54,937 bases of DNA from Elusimicrobiota bacterium (GTDB lineage: Bacteria; CG03; SLGR01; JAGXOG01), in the NCBI GenBank assembly GCA_051745145.1, contig JBNJDT010000009.1, positions 1 through 54,937 on the forward strand, written 5' to 3'. How positions within the stretch are numbered: the first letter of the stretch is position 1; the number at the start of each line of letters is the position of its first letter. The notes under the pieces are model-generated. The model saw nothing but the letters and a program-made list of their open reading frames with translations, had not been told where the DNA came from and did no database searches. Shown piece by piece: positions 37,959 to 46,859 of the stretch. The position numbers and the translations under genes were made by a program.

Positions 37959-38474
37959 ATGTATATATTTGACTGGAAGTTTAAGGAGAATCCGGCTAAC
38001 TATTTTATTCAATGCGGAGTTGCTATTTTTACAATGGTCCTTATTCTCCTTTTTTTGGATGTTCTCGAGCAGGCTGCTTTAATAGCTTCCCTGGGGGCGA
38101 CAGTATTTACAGTTTTTTCCATGCCCCGTTCTTTTCTCTGTAATCTAAGATCTCTTCTGGGGGGATATGTAGTGGGAATATCTTCCGGTATATTTTTTGG
38201 GAAACTTATGAATATGGCGCTTTCTGCCGGTGTAATTGAATTTGAAACTACCGCCCTGGGGATTTTTGGAGCAGTAGCTGTGGGGGTAGCCATGTTTATA
38301 ATGGCTGTAACTAATACCGAGCACGCCCCCGCGGCCGGGATAGCTCTGGGGCTGGTATTGAATCCCTGGAATATTAATGTGATAATTTTTATTATAGGAG
38401 CGGTATTATTTGTCTACTTAGTTAGAGAAGCGTGCGGAAAACATCTTATTAATTTAATTGGAAAACAGGAGTGA
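37959..38474 (+). CDS. HPP-family membrane protein
   Basis: ASLGAT..VF..P, TEHAPAAG (HPP variant), about 5 TM helices. Confidence 0.82.
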   Translation: MYIFDWKFKENPANYFIQCGVAIFTMVLILLFLDVLEQAALIASLGATVFTVFSMPRSFLCNLRSLLGGYVVGISSGIFFGKLMNMALSAGVIEFETTALGIFGAVAVGVAMFIMAVTNTEHAPAAGIALGLVLNPWNINVIIFIIGAVLFVYLVREACGKHLINLIGKQE

Positions 38475-38549
38475 ACGGTATGAATGGAAAATTTTTAGGT
38501 CAAATAATTAATTGACGATATTTTTAAAATAAGAAAGGAGATTGTATCT

Positions 38550-39068
38550 ATGGATGTAAAAAAAGCCATAAGAACCAGGCGCAGCGTAAGAAATTATAGA
38601 GAAGAAAAAAAGGTAGAAGAAGAGAAGTTAACTGAAGTTTTGCAGGCCGGTCGCCTTGCTCCGTCAGCTTCTAACAGGCAGGAGTGGAGGTATGTAGTAG
38701 TAAAAGATTCCAAAACCCGCCAAAAACTTTCACAGGCTGCCGGGCAAAGCCAGGTGGCCGAGGCCCCGGTGGTAATAGCCTGCTGTGCGGTAACCGACCA
38801 GCATGTTATGAGCTGCGGACAGAAGTGTTATCCGATAGATTTAGCTATTTCTATTGATCATATGACCCTTCAGGCTGCCGAGCTGGGGTTGGGAACCTGC
38901 TGGATAGGAGCTTTTGATCCACAGAAGGTTAAAAATATTCTGGGTATTCCCGAAGAAGTTGAAGTGGTGGAAATGCTCACCTTAGGGTATCCCAAAGACC
39001 GGTTGACTGAAAAGCCGAAAGATAGACTGGCTCTGTCAGAAATTGTAAAAGAAGATAAATGGAGTTAA
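38550..39068 (+). CDS. Nitroreductase-family flavoprotein
   Basis: RRSVR, APSASNRQEW, LGLGTCWIG, LGYP. Confidence 0.93.
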   Translation: MDVKKAIRTRRSVRNYREEKKVEEEKLTEVLQAGRLAPSASNRQEWRYVVVKDSKTRQKLSQAAGQSQVAEAPVVIACCAVTDQHVMSCGQKCYPIDLAISIDHMTLQAAELGLGTCWIGAFDPQKVKNILGIPEEVEVVEMLTLGYPKDRLTEKPKDRLALSEIVKEDKWS

Positions 39069-39168
39069 AAAAATAACTCGAAGAGAATTCATTAAATGGA
39101 TTGCGGGAATAATTGCCGGATTAAGTTTCGGTAAATTATCCGCAGCCAATAATAAACTGAATGAATAT

Positions 39169-40014
39169 TTGGGATTGCCCCTTGGAAAACTGACTTTACC
39201 GGAATCGATTGAAGATCCGGTGGCAATCATAAAAGGCGAGGATGCCGCCCTTATTACCCGCAGGGCAATAGAGGCTCTCGGGGGAATCGAAAAGTTTGTC
39301 AGTAAAGGGGATATTGTTGTTATAAAACCCAATATGTCCTGGGACCGCCGGCCCAAGCAGGCCGCGACCACCAATCCCAAGGTGGTCGAAGAAGTGGTGA
39401 AGATGTGTTTTGAAGCCGGGGCTAAAAAGGTGAAAGCCTTTGATCGGCCCTGCGCTAATGCAAAAAGGTCTTATCAGTCCAGCAAAATTCCCCGGGCTGC
39501 CCGCCGGGCAGGGGCGGAGGTTTTTCAAATGGATGACTGGAATTTTAAAAAAGCAGAATTTGATTATGAATCCCCGGTGGAAGGCTGGCCGATATACAGA
39601 GATGTTCTACGGGCGGACTGTTTTATAAATATTCCTATTTTAAAGCATCACAATTTAACCGGCCTTACCATATCAATGAAAAATCTTATGGGGGTGGTTG
39701 GGGGTAACAGGGGGCAAATTCACCGGAACATCTCGGAAAAACTTGCCCATTTTACGGATTTCATATCTCCGGATCTTAATATTGTTGATGCCACCCGGGT
39801 TTTGGTAAGGAACGGGCCGTCCGGGGGAAGTTTGGAAGATGTTGAAATATTTAATACTGTAATAGCCAGCCGGGATGCCGTTCTCGCCGATTCTAAGGCC
39901 GCCGTTCTTTTAGGTAAAAAACCGGAGAATCTGGGTTTTATAGTTGAAGGCAATAAGCTGGGGGTGGGAAATATAGACGTAAAAAATAAAAATATTATAA
40001 AACAGTCATTGTAA
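39169..40014 (+). CDS. DUF362-family Fe-S protein; the Tat signal lies upstream in frame (39049-39168) without a canonical start
   Basis: VVIKPN..W, TTNP, INIPILKHH, SMKNLMG, NGP.GG; the upstream frame reads KKITRREFIK. Confidence 0.85.
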   Translation: MGLPLGKLTLPESIEDPVAIIKGEDAALITRRAIEALGGIEKFVSKGDIVVIKPNMSWDRRPKQAATTNPKVVEEVVKMCFEAGAKKVKAFDRPCANAKRSYQSSKIPRAARRAGAEVFQMDDWNFKKAEFDYESPVEGWPIYRDVLRADCFINIPILKHHNLTGLTISMKNLMGVVGGNRGQIHRNISEKLAHFTDFISPDLNIVDATRVLVRNGPSGGSLEDVEIFNTVIASRDAVLADSKAAVLLGKKPENLGFIVEGNKLGVGNIDVKNKNIIKQSL

Positions 40015-40018
40015 GTAA

Positions 40019-41554
40019 ATGAAAAATAAATATTTAAAATTGAGGCGGCTTTCCCAGGCCGTGTTTTTTGTTTTGTTTGCGGTTTTTTTATGGAGGGCAA
40101 TGTACCCTTTTCAGGAGGTAGCGGGAGCCAAGATTTTTTTTGCAATTGATCCGTTAACTTCAATGATGGTGGCCCTTTCTGAAAGGGTGTTGGTCCCTAT
40201 TTTAATACCCTCATTTATAATTTTAGGGATTACGGCAATATTGGGAAGAGTATTCTGCGGCTGGTTGTGTCCTATGGGAACCATGATTGATATGGCCGGG
40301 TTCTTTAGAGATAAATTTTTATCCCGGAAAAAGGAGCTGGAAAGTCCCGGATTAAGATTTATTAAATTCGCAGTTTTATTTATTGCAGCGGCTTTTGCGT
40401 TGCGGGGGATTCAGCTTGCCTGGTGGGGCGATCCTATAACAATTGCCGGCCGTTTTTTGACCATGTCCTTTATTCCTTTTCTGGCCAACGGGATAGAGAG
40501 TTTGTTCAGGATAGTAATAGAATTTACCGGATATCCCGAAGGTCTTCTTTCGGCCTACAGATGGGTAAATAATTTTATAGGGGGCCTGAGAACGAATTAT
40601 TTTCCAAATACGGTTGGAATTGTAATGCTCTGGTCTGGATTAATTTTTGTCAGTGCCTTTTCCAGACGATTCTGGTGTAGAAATTTATGCCCCCTGGGGG
40701 CTTTGCTGGCTCTATTTTCAAAATGGGCACCGTTTAAAAGGAGTGTCTCAGTTGAATGCATTGATTGTAAAAAATGTATTTCAGATTGCCGGATGGGGGC
40801 CATAAATAAAGATTACAGCTATAAAAAAGAAGAATGTATATTATGTATGGACTGTGTCTATGACTGTAAAAATAATGCCACCGAGTTCAGTTTTATAACT
40901 AAAAACCCCCAAAAGAACGGAGAAATTGACTCCGGTCGCAGAAATTTTTTAAAGATGGCCGGGTCTCTTACGCTGGTTGCGATTTTACCGGGATGCAAAG
41001 ACAGGAATAAAACCGGTTCGGATATTTCTCCGTATGTAGAAGGGTTGCTTAGACCTCCCGGAGCCCTGGAGGAACAAAAATTTATAGACCGATGCATAAG
41101 ATGCGGCAACTGCATGAGGGGGTGTCCCACAAACGGCTTGCAGCCGGTCATAGTCGACGGGGGGGTGCGGTCTGTTTGGACTCCAAAATTAGTCCCCGAA
41201 ACCGGGCATTGTGAATATAACTGCAATTTATGCGGAAAGCTCTGTCCTACAGGGGCAATACCTTTTAAAGAATTATCTGAAAAACAGAATATAATTATGG
41301 GAAAAGCTGAAATTTTACGGGACCGGTGTATACCCTGGAGTGAGGATGCCCAGTGTCTGGTTTGCGAGGAGCACTGTCCGGTTTCGGATAAAGCTATAAA
41401 ATTAAACAGGAAAAAAGTAGTAAACGGGGTGGAGATTTTAAGGCCGGTAGTAGAGACCGATCTGTGCATAGGCTGCGGTACATGTTTGAATGTATGTCCC
41501 GCTACCCCAAAGAAAGCTATTTCCATAGATGCAAAAGAAGCAGAGAGAGGATAA
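40019..41554 (+). CDS. Membrane polyferredoxin (NapH/MauN-like + NapG/MauM-like fusion)
   Basis: GRVFCGWLCPMG, RRFWCRNLCPLG, multiple CxxCxxCxxxCP, LRPPGAL, internal SGRRNFLK. Confidence 0.9.
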   Translation: MKNKYLKLRRLSQAVFFVLFAVFLWRAMYPFQEVAGAKIFFAIDPLTSMMVALSERVLVPILIPSFIILGITAILGRVFCGWLCPMGTMIDMAGFFRDKFLSRKKELESPGLRFIKFAVLFIAAAFALRGIQLAWWGDPITIAGRFLTMSFIPFLANGIESLFRIVIEFTGYPEGLLSAYRWVNNFIGGLRTNYFPNTVGIVMLWSGLIFVSAFSRRFWCRNLCPLGALLALFSKWAPFKRSVSVECIDCKKCISDCRMGAINKDYSYKKEECILCMDCVYDCKNNATEFSFITKNPQKNGEIDSGRRNFLKMAGSLTLVAILPGCKDRNKTGSDISPYVEGLLRPPGALEEQKFIDRCIRCGNCMRGCPTNGLQPVIVDGGVRSVWTPKLVPETGHCEYNCNLCGKLCPTGAIPFKELSEKQNIIMGKAEILRDRCIPWSEDAQCLVCEEHCPVSDKAIKLNRKKVVNGVEILRPVVETDLCIGCGTCLNVCPATPKKAISIDAKEAERG

Positions 41555-41557
41555 CCA

Positions 41558-42193
41558 ATGCTAAAGAAATTACACAATTTATATATAAATAAAAAAGATA
41601 AAATAGAAGAAAGGCTGGAAGAATTTAAGGAAAACGGCCGGTCTTCAGAGAAGGAAATATTCGCCGAAATGTGTTTCTGTATTTTAACCCCCCAGAGCAA
41701 GGCGGTTTATGCCGATAAATCGATAAAGAAACTTAAAGATTCCGGGATTCTTTATGCCGGCGGGGAGGATAAAATAAGGGAAAAATTAACCGGGGTAAGG
41801 TTTCCCAATAATAAATCTTCTTATATTGTCCGGACCAGGGATGAATTTACCCGGAATGGTAAACTTAATATTAAAGAAGTACTTAACCGGGATATACCCG
41901 TTTTTGAAATTAGAGAAGAGCTGGTAAAAAGGGTGACCGGATACGGTTATAAAGAGGCCAGCCATTTTTTGAGAAATACCGGCCGGGGGAAAAAGGTAGC
42001 CATACTGGACAGACATATTTTAAAAGAGCTTAAACAGTTTGAAGTAATAGAGAAAATACCTGGGACAATTAGCCGGAAAAAATATTTTGAAATTGAAGAA
42101 AAGATGAAAGATTTCTCCAGTAAAATAAGTATCCCCCTGGATGCTCTTGATCTACTTTTTTGGTATAAAGAGACCGGGTATTTTTTTAAATAA
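41558..42193 (+). CDS. ogg: 8-oxoguanine DNA glycosylase/AP lyase (Ogg2 type)
   Basis: FCILTPQS, VRFPNNK, GYGYKEASHFLRN, AILDRHIL, LDLLFWY, C-terminal Lys. Confidence 0.92.
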   Translation: MLKKLHNLYINKKDKIEERLEEFKENGRSSEKEIFAEMCFCILTPQSKAVYADKSIKKLKDSGILYAGGEDKIREKLTGVRFPNNKSSYIVRTRDEFTRNGKLNIKEVLNRDIPVFEIREELVKRVTGYGYKEASHFLRNTGRGKKVAILDRHILKELKQFEVIEKIPGTISRKKYFEIEEKMKDFSSKISIPLDALDLLFWYKETGYFFK

Positions 42194-42269
42194 ATATACC
42201 ATAGGCTAAATTTGTTATATAAATTAATAGATAAATAAGTCCGAAAGTCCGTCTCCGAGGTGGGTAGGG

Positions 42270-42298
42270 TTGAAAATTTTCATATTATTAATTATAAT
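42270..42298 (+). promoter_or_regulatory. sigma70 promoter of the Gld-like ABC operon
   Basis: TTGAAA-N17-TATAAT; supports ATG 42335 rather than GTG 42260 as the start. Confidence 0.55.
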
Positions 42299-42334
42299 AA
42301 TTTTTCCTGCAGAGGAATCATTATTGACTCTATC

Positions 42335-43255
42335 ATGATTGAAATAAAAAAGTTGACCAAAAAATACGGTACTATACAGGCCTTAGATAAAATTACCTTT
42401 GAAGTGGAAAGCGGCACAATACTGGGGTTTTTAGGCCCTAATGGCGCCGGTAAATCTACGGCTATGAGGATAATTACAGGTTATATGCCCCCCACCAGCG
42501 GAGAAGTTTATGTGGGGAAAAACAGTGTAGTCGAAAATCCGCTGACCGTGAAAAAAATGATAGGTTACCTTCCGGAAGATAATCCACTGTATGAGGATTT
42601 AACTCCTTTAGAATACTTTAAATTTTGCGGTAAACTGCGGGGGATGACTGAAGCTCAGATAGGAAAGAGAGTAAAAGAGATAGCCAAGGTATGCGGAATA
42701 GAGAATGTTTTAATTCAGACGATAGCTACGCTTTCAAAAGGGTACCGTCAGAGAGTAGGGCTGGCCCAGGCTATAATACATGACCCGCCAATTTTGATAA
42801 TGGATGAACCCACCAGCGGTCTGGATCCCAATCAGAAGCAGGAGATGAGAACTCTTATTCGGGAACTGGGAGAAGAGAAGACCATAATACTTTCCACCCA
42901 TATAATGGAAGAGGTACAGGCTACCTGCGAGAGGGTTGTAATAATAAATGAAGGAAATATAGTGGCCGACGGTACTCAGGATGAATTAATCCGGTCGGCG
43001 GATAAATCTGTATATAATCTTGAATTTAGGGGTCCGCTTGAGAAAATTAAAGAAAAATTGGGGAAAATATCCGATATTAATAAAGTAATTAAAAGGGGCG
43101 GCGGATTTCTAGTGGAGACAGATTTTGAAAAAGACCCCCGGCTGGATATTTTTGAAATGGCTAAGAAAGAGGATTGGCCGATTGTGTCCATGTATAAAAC
43201 CGAAAGAAGTCTGGAGGATGTTTTCAGAAAATTAACTACGGGGAGTGACGGATGA
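42335..43255 (+). CDS. ABC transporter ATP-binding protein (GldA-like)
   Basis: GPNGAGKST, LSKGYRQRVGLAQA, MDEPTSGLDP, STH. Confidence 0.93.
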   Translation: MIEIKKLTKKYGTIQALDKITFEVESGTILGFLGPNGAGKSTAMRIITGYMPPTSGEVYVGKNSVVENPLTVKKMIGYLPEDNPLYEDLTPLEYFKFCGKLRGMTEAQIGKRVKEIAKVCGIENVLIQTIATLSKGYRQRVGLAQAIIHDPPILIMDEPTSGLDPNQKQEMRTLIRELGEEKTIILSTHIMEEVQATCERVVIINEGNIVADGTQDELIRSADKSVYNLEFRGPLEKIKEKLGKISDINKVIKRGGGFLVETDFEKDPRLDIFEMAKKEDWPIVSMYKTERSLEDVFRKLTTGSDG

Positions 43256-45435
43256 GAAATTTGTATCTATTATTAAAAAAAGAACTGAAAAGATATTTTA
43301 ATTCCCCTATTGCCTATGTAATTCTAATAGTGTTTTTATTAATAAACGGATGGATGTTTGCTTCAAATATATTTTTAATAGATAGGATGACCATCCAGAA
43401 TTTTACCGCCAATATCCCCCTCATCTTGATATTTTTTGCGCCGGCTGTGGCCATGCAGCTTTTAGCCGAAGAGTTTAAAGACGGGACTATGGAAATACTG
43501 GGCAGTCTTCCCATAAAAGACCGGGAAATTATCCTGGGCAAATATCTGGCCGGACTTTCTCTTTTGGCACTGGGAATAGTATTAACTCTCCTGTATCCAC
43601 TGAGTATCTCGTTTTTTGGCAACATGGACTGGGGGCAGGTTATGGGAGTATATACCGGGATGTTATTTTTGGGAGCCACTTTTTTATCTTTCGGTACTTT
43701 TGGATCGTCAGTTTCTAATAATCAGGTAGTCTCCTTTATAATAGGTTTTGCAATATGTTTTGTCTTTTTCATAATGGGTAAGATTACCCAGGTAATACCC
43801 GAATATATCCGTCCGGTGGTAAGTTATATGGGTATCGATTCTCACTGGGAAAATTTATCCCGGGGGGTCATAGATTTAAGAGATATTGTCTATTTCTTGA
43901 GTTTAATAACATTTTTTATATATGGTTCATGGGTGGCCTTCGGCCGGCGAGTACGGATAGGGTTTTATAATTTTGCTTCCCTGGGTTTACTCGGCGGTAT
44001 ACTGATATTTGTCAATATACTGGCTTCGGGAATAGTGGCCCGGGCGGATTTAACTGATAATAATATATATTCTCTTTCGGATGTCTCTAAAAAAATAGTG
44101 AAAAATTTAGACGATCCCGTGTTGATAGAGGCTTACTTTTCCAAAAATCTGCCGGGACAATATGAGGAAAGTAAAAAATATTTAAAAGATTTACTCTACG
44201 AATACAGAGCTTATTCTAAAAGAAAAGTAAAATTTGATTTTATTAATCCCCAGACTGAAAAACAAAAAAGAGAAGCTATGTCATATGGAGTGCGGCCCCT
44301 AAGGTTTACGGAGTCAGGGAGGGAGAGTTTTGAAATAAAACAGGGTTACATGGGGTTAGTTTTTAGATATGCCGATAAAAAAGAGGTGATTCCCGTCGTT
44401 GAGGATATAGAGAGCTTGGAGTACGATCTGACTTCCAGGATTAAGAAAATCACTTCCAGGGGGTTAAAACGGGTGGGATTTTCAGGTGATTTTAATTTAC
44501 CCGAATCGGTAAGGAATGATATTGAAGAACGCTACGAATTTGTTGAAATTGAAGAGGGGAGTTTTAAGAAGGACAGCTTGCGGGCTGCTGTATTGAAAGC
44601 AGGGTCTGATTTTGACAGTGAAGAGCTGAATCTTTTAGAACAATTAGCGGAAAATGAAATTCCCGTGGGAGTTTTAGTTGATAATTATACTATTGATATG
44701 GAAAGGTTTACCGGGACTAAAATTAAGGGGAATAATATAAATCAATTTTTAAGTAAATTCGGCATATCTATCAAAGAAGGTTTGATCCTGGACAGAAGAA
44801 GTCAGCGAATAACTGTTTCTTCCCGCCGCGGCGGGTTTATAACCCGTAATATAGTGAATTACCCTTATTTCCCAAGGATAACCGGTATGGAGAGTGAAAA
44901 CCCTATAGTTAGAAATCTGGACGAGATAACTCTGCCTTTTGTATCTCCCCTTGAAATTAGAACTACAGAGGACGGAGAATTCCAGGTGGATGTTCTGGCC
45001 CGCACCTCCGGCCAATCCGGTTTAGATAAAAATCCGGTGCGGCTTTCGCCCATGCAGGAACACAGGCCGGGAAGTAAAGCCACCGGAGGACCGTTTGACG
45101 TAGCAGCTGTTGTAAAAAAAGACGATTCTCCTTTCAGAATGGTTATTGTCCCCACTTCCAAATTCATAGATGAAGATATTATGGCAACTGAAAACAATAT
45201 AGATTTATTTTTAAATATTATAGACTGGATGGCCGAGGACCCGGCTTTAATAAGTATACGATCCAAAGGAATGACCGCCAGACCTATGAAGCAGGTCTCC
45301 AGCGCAAAAGAGACGGTTGTAAAATATACCGATATACTGTTGCTGCCGATATTGATACTGGGAATAGGTATTTACAGGTGGCGAACCAGAAAGTTGAGGA
45401 ATCTAAATTTACGGGAAAAATTACTAAATGAATAG
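43252..45435 (+). CDS. Fused GldF-like ABC permease + GldG-like auxiliary domain
   Basis: KEL..YFNSPIAY, LGKYLA, RGVIDLRD.VYF, then DLT.N.IYSLS, EYDLTS.I, IRSK, C-terminal TM. Confidence 0.9.
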   Translation: MRNLYLLLKKELKRYFNSPIAYVILIVFLLINGWMFASNIFLIDRMTIQNFTANIPLILIFFAPAVAMQLLAEEFKDGTMEILGSLPIKDREIILGKYLAGLSLLALGIVLTLLYPLSISFFGNMDWGQVMGVYTGMLFLGATFLSFGTFGSSVSNNQVVSFIIGFAICFVFFIMGKITQVIPEYIRPVVSYMGIDSHWENLSRGVIDLRDIVYFLSLITFFIYGSWVAFGRRVRIGFYNFASLGLLGGILIFVNILASGIVARADLTDNNIYSLSDVSKKIVKNLDDPVLIEAYFSKNLPGQYEESKKYLKDLLYEYRAYSKRKVKFDFINPQTEKQKREAMSYGVRPLRFTESGRESFEIKQGYMGLVFRYADKKEVIPVVEDIESLEYDLTSRIKKITSRGLKRVGFSGDFNLPESVRNDIEERYEFVEIEEGSFKKDSLRAAVLKAGSDFDSEELNLLEQLAENEIPVGVLVDNYTIDMERFTGTKIKGNNINQFLSKFGISIKEGLILDRRSQRITVSSRRGGFITRNIVNYPYFPRITGMESENPIVRNLDEITLPFVSPLEIRTTEDGEFQVDVLARTSGQSGLDKNPVRLSPMQEHRPGSKATGGPFDVAAVVKKDDSPFRMVIVPTSKFIDEDIMATENNIDLFLNIIDWMAEDPALISIRSKGMTARPMKQVSSAKETVVKYTDILLLPILILGIGIYRWRTRKLRNLNLREKLLNE

Positions 45436-46261
45436 TAAAAAGAATTTTTTTACCCTATTAATAATATTTGTTGTATTATTAGTGATGGTGGTATTAAAGA
45501 ATAATTTAGATATTCTGGAAAGTTCAAATCGGCCGTTTGAAAATTTAGAAATTAATCAGGTAGAGCTTAAGTCTCCCGCCGGCAGTTTAAATTTTAGTCG
45601 AAAAGAAGAGGGGTGGGGTTTAGAAAATATAGAGTATAAGGTTGACGAACAAAAAGTAAATAATATAATAACCGGTATAAAAAATATTGATCTTAATAAT
45701 ATTATCTCAACAAAAGTTGACAGATATTCCCAGCTTGGTGTTACCCGGGAGCGGGGGAACAGAGTAAAATTTATAACATCCGGCGGAAAAGAAACAATTT
45801 TTTATATCAGTAAAAATCGGTCGGACCCCACCAGAAGTTATTTTAGAATAAAGGAAAGTACACCGGTCTATCTGGTAAAAGGGTTAGAGCCCGGATTCTA
45901 CAATGTGAAGAAAAAGTACTGGTTAAAAGAAAAATTTTTTAATGAAAAACCTGAAAATGTAAAGGATATAACCGTTGAAAAAGGTAACCGAAAATTTGAA
46001 ATTTCCAGTTCGTCGACCGCAGTGGAACGGCTGGTAAATTATTTAAACGAAATTAAAGCTGTTGAATTTGTAGAAATTACAGGCCCGAAAATCCCGGATT
46101 TTAAAAATCCGGAAATTAATATAAATTTCGTCATTTCCGGGGAAACTGAAAACTATAAGATAGTTGAAGAAGAAAAAGTTTATGTAAAATACAATGATTT
46201 GATTTATCAAATCCGGGAATCATATTTTAAAAGACTTAAAAAAATTATAGAGGAAATTTAA
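45428..46261 (+). CDS. DUF4340-like membrane-anchored protein
   Basis: N-terminal TM followed by a beta-rich domain; usual partner of GldAFG-like operons. Confidence 0.7.
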   Translation: MNSKKNFFTLLIIFVVLLVMVVLKNNLDILESSNRPFENLEINQVELKSPAGSLNFSRKEEGWGLENIEYKVDEQKVNNIITGIKNIDLNNIISTKVDRYSQLGVTRERGNRVKFITSGGKETIFYISKNRSDPTRSYFRIKESTPVYLVKGLEPGFYNVKKKYWLKEKFFNEKPENVKDITVEKGNRKFEISSSSTAVERLVNYLNEIKAVEFVEITGPKIPDFKNPEININFVISGETENYKIVEEEKVYVKYNDLIYQIRESYFKRLKKIIEEI

Positions 46262-46705
46262 TTGACTGTAGCAAGAAACAGAAAAGCATATTATCAGTAT
46301 AACATACTTGAGGAGTTAGAGGCAGGTATTAAATTAAAGGGCCTGGAAGTTAAATCACTCCGTCAGCACAGGGCAGATATTAAACACAGCTTTGCCCGGA
46401 TAGAGGGGGGGGAGGTATTTTTAATAAATACTCATATCCCTCTTTACGATAAATCTACCGATAAAAGTTATGATCCAAAAAGACGCCGCAAGTTATTGTT
46501 AAAAAAATCAGAGATAAAAAAGTTGGCCCGTAAAACGGAAAAAAAAGGTGTAACTCTTGTGCCGATGGAAATATATTTTAAAAAAGGCTGGGCAAAAGTT
46601 CGTCTGGCCCTGGCTGAAGGTAAGACTAAAAAAGATAAAAGAGAAACACTGAAAAAGAAGACTATGAACAGGGAAATGGACAGGGAAATAAAGAAGTATA
46701 TTTGA
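46262..46705 (+). CDS. smpB: SsrA-binding protein
   Basis: NRKA, EAGI.L.G.EVKSLR, R.RKLLL, DKRE; TTG start directly after the upstream TAA. Confidence 0.96.
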   Translation: MTVARNRKAYYQYNILEELEAGIKLKGLEVKSLRQHRADIKHSFARIEGGEVFLINTHIPLYDKSTDKSYDPKRRRKLLLKKSEIKKLARKTEKKGVTLVPMEIYFKKGWAKVRLALAEGKTKKDKRETLKKKTMNREMDREIKKYI

Positions 46706-46730
46706 CATTTAAGGCTATAGATAGTATTAT
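46702..46730 (+). promoter_or_regulatory. sigma70 promoter for polA-coaE-rho
   Basis: TTGACA (overlapping the smpB stop)-N17-TATTAT. Confidence 0.6.
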
Positions 46731-46859
46731 ACTGTAATCTTTTCGTGCGAAAAAAGTAACCCGACTAAGATAAAATTAAATATACATTCAAATAGAAACA
46801 TTTTTATATACTTCCCGGTTCCGGGAATAAAAAATCAAATTTAAAATTATCCCCAAAAA

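Noticed and set aside
36578..41554. Selenocysteine (TGA read-through) in redox genes
   Set aside because: Cys motifs are complete, and the TGA stops fall at expected family ends without conserved downstream extension.
40858..41700. 280-aa minus-strand ORF
   Set aside because: Antisense to the polyferredoxin and ogg genes, both well supported. The other short overlapping ORFs in the track were dismissed for the same reason.
42247..42276. CRISPR-repeat-like ending GGGTTGAAA
   Set aside because: Single copy, no spacers and no cas genes; TTGAAA is explained as a -35 box.
42260..42334. N-terminal extension of the ABC ATPase from GTG 42260
   Set aside because: It overlaps the predicted promoter, and the family begins at MIEIKKL (ATG 42335).
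46706..46859. Possible tmRNA (ssrA) after smpB
   Set aside because: Only ~150 bp, with no GGGG...TCCACCA ends or T-loop.
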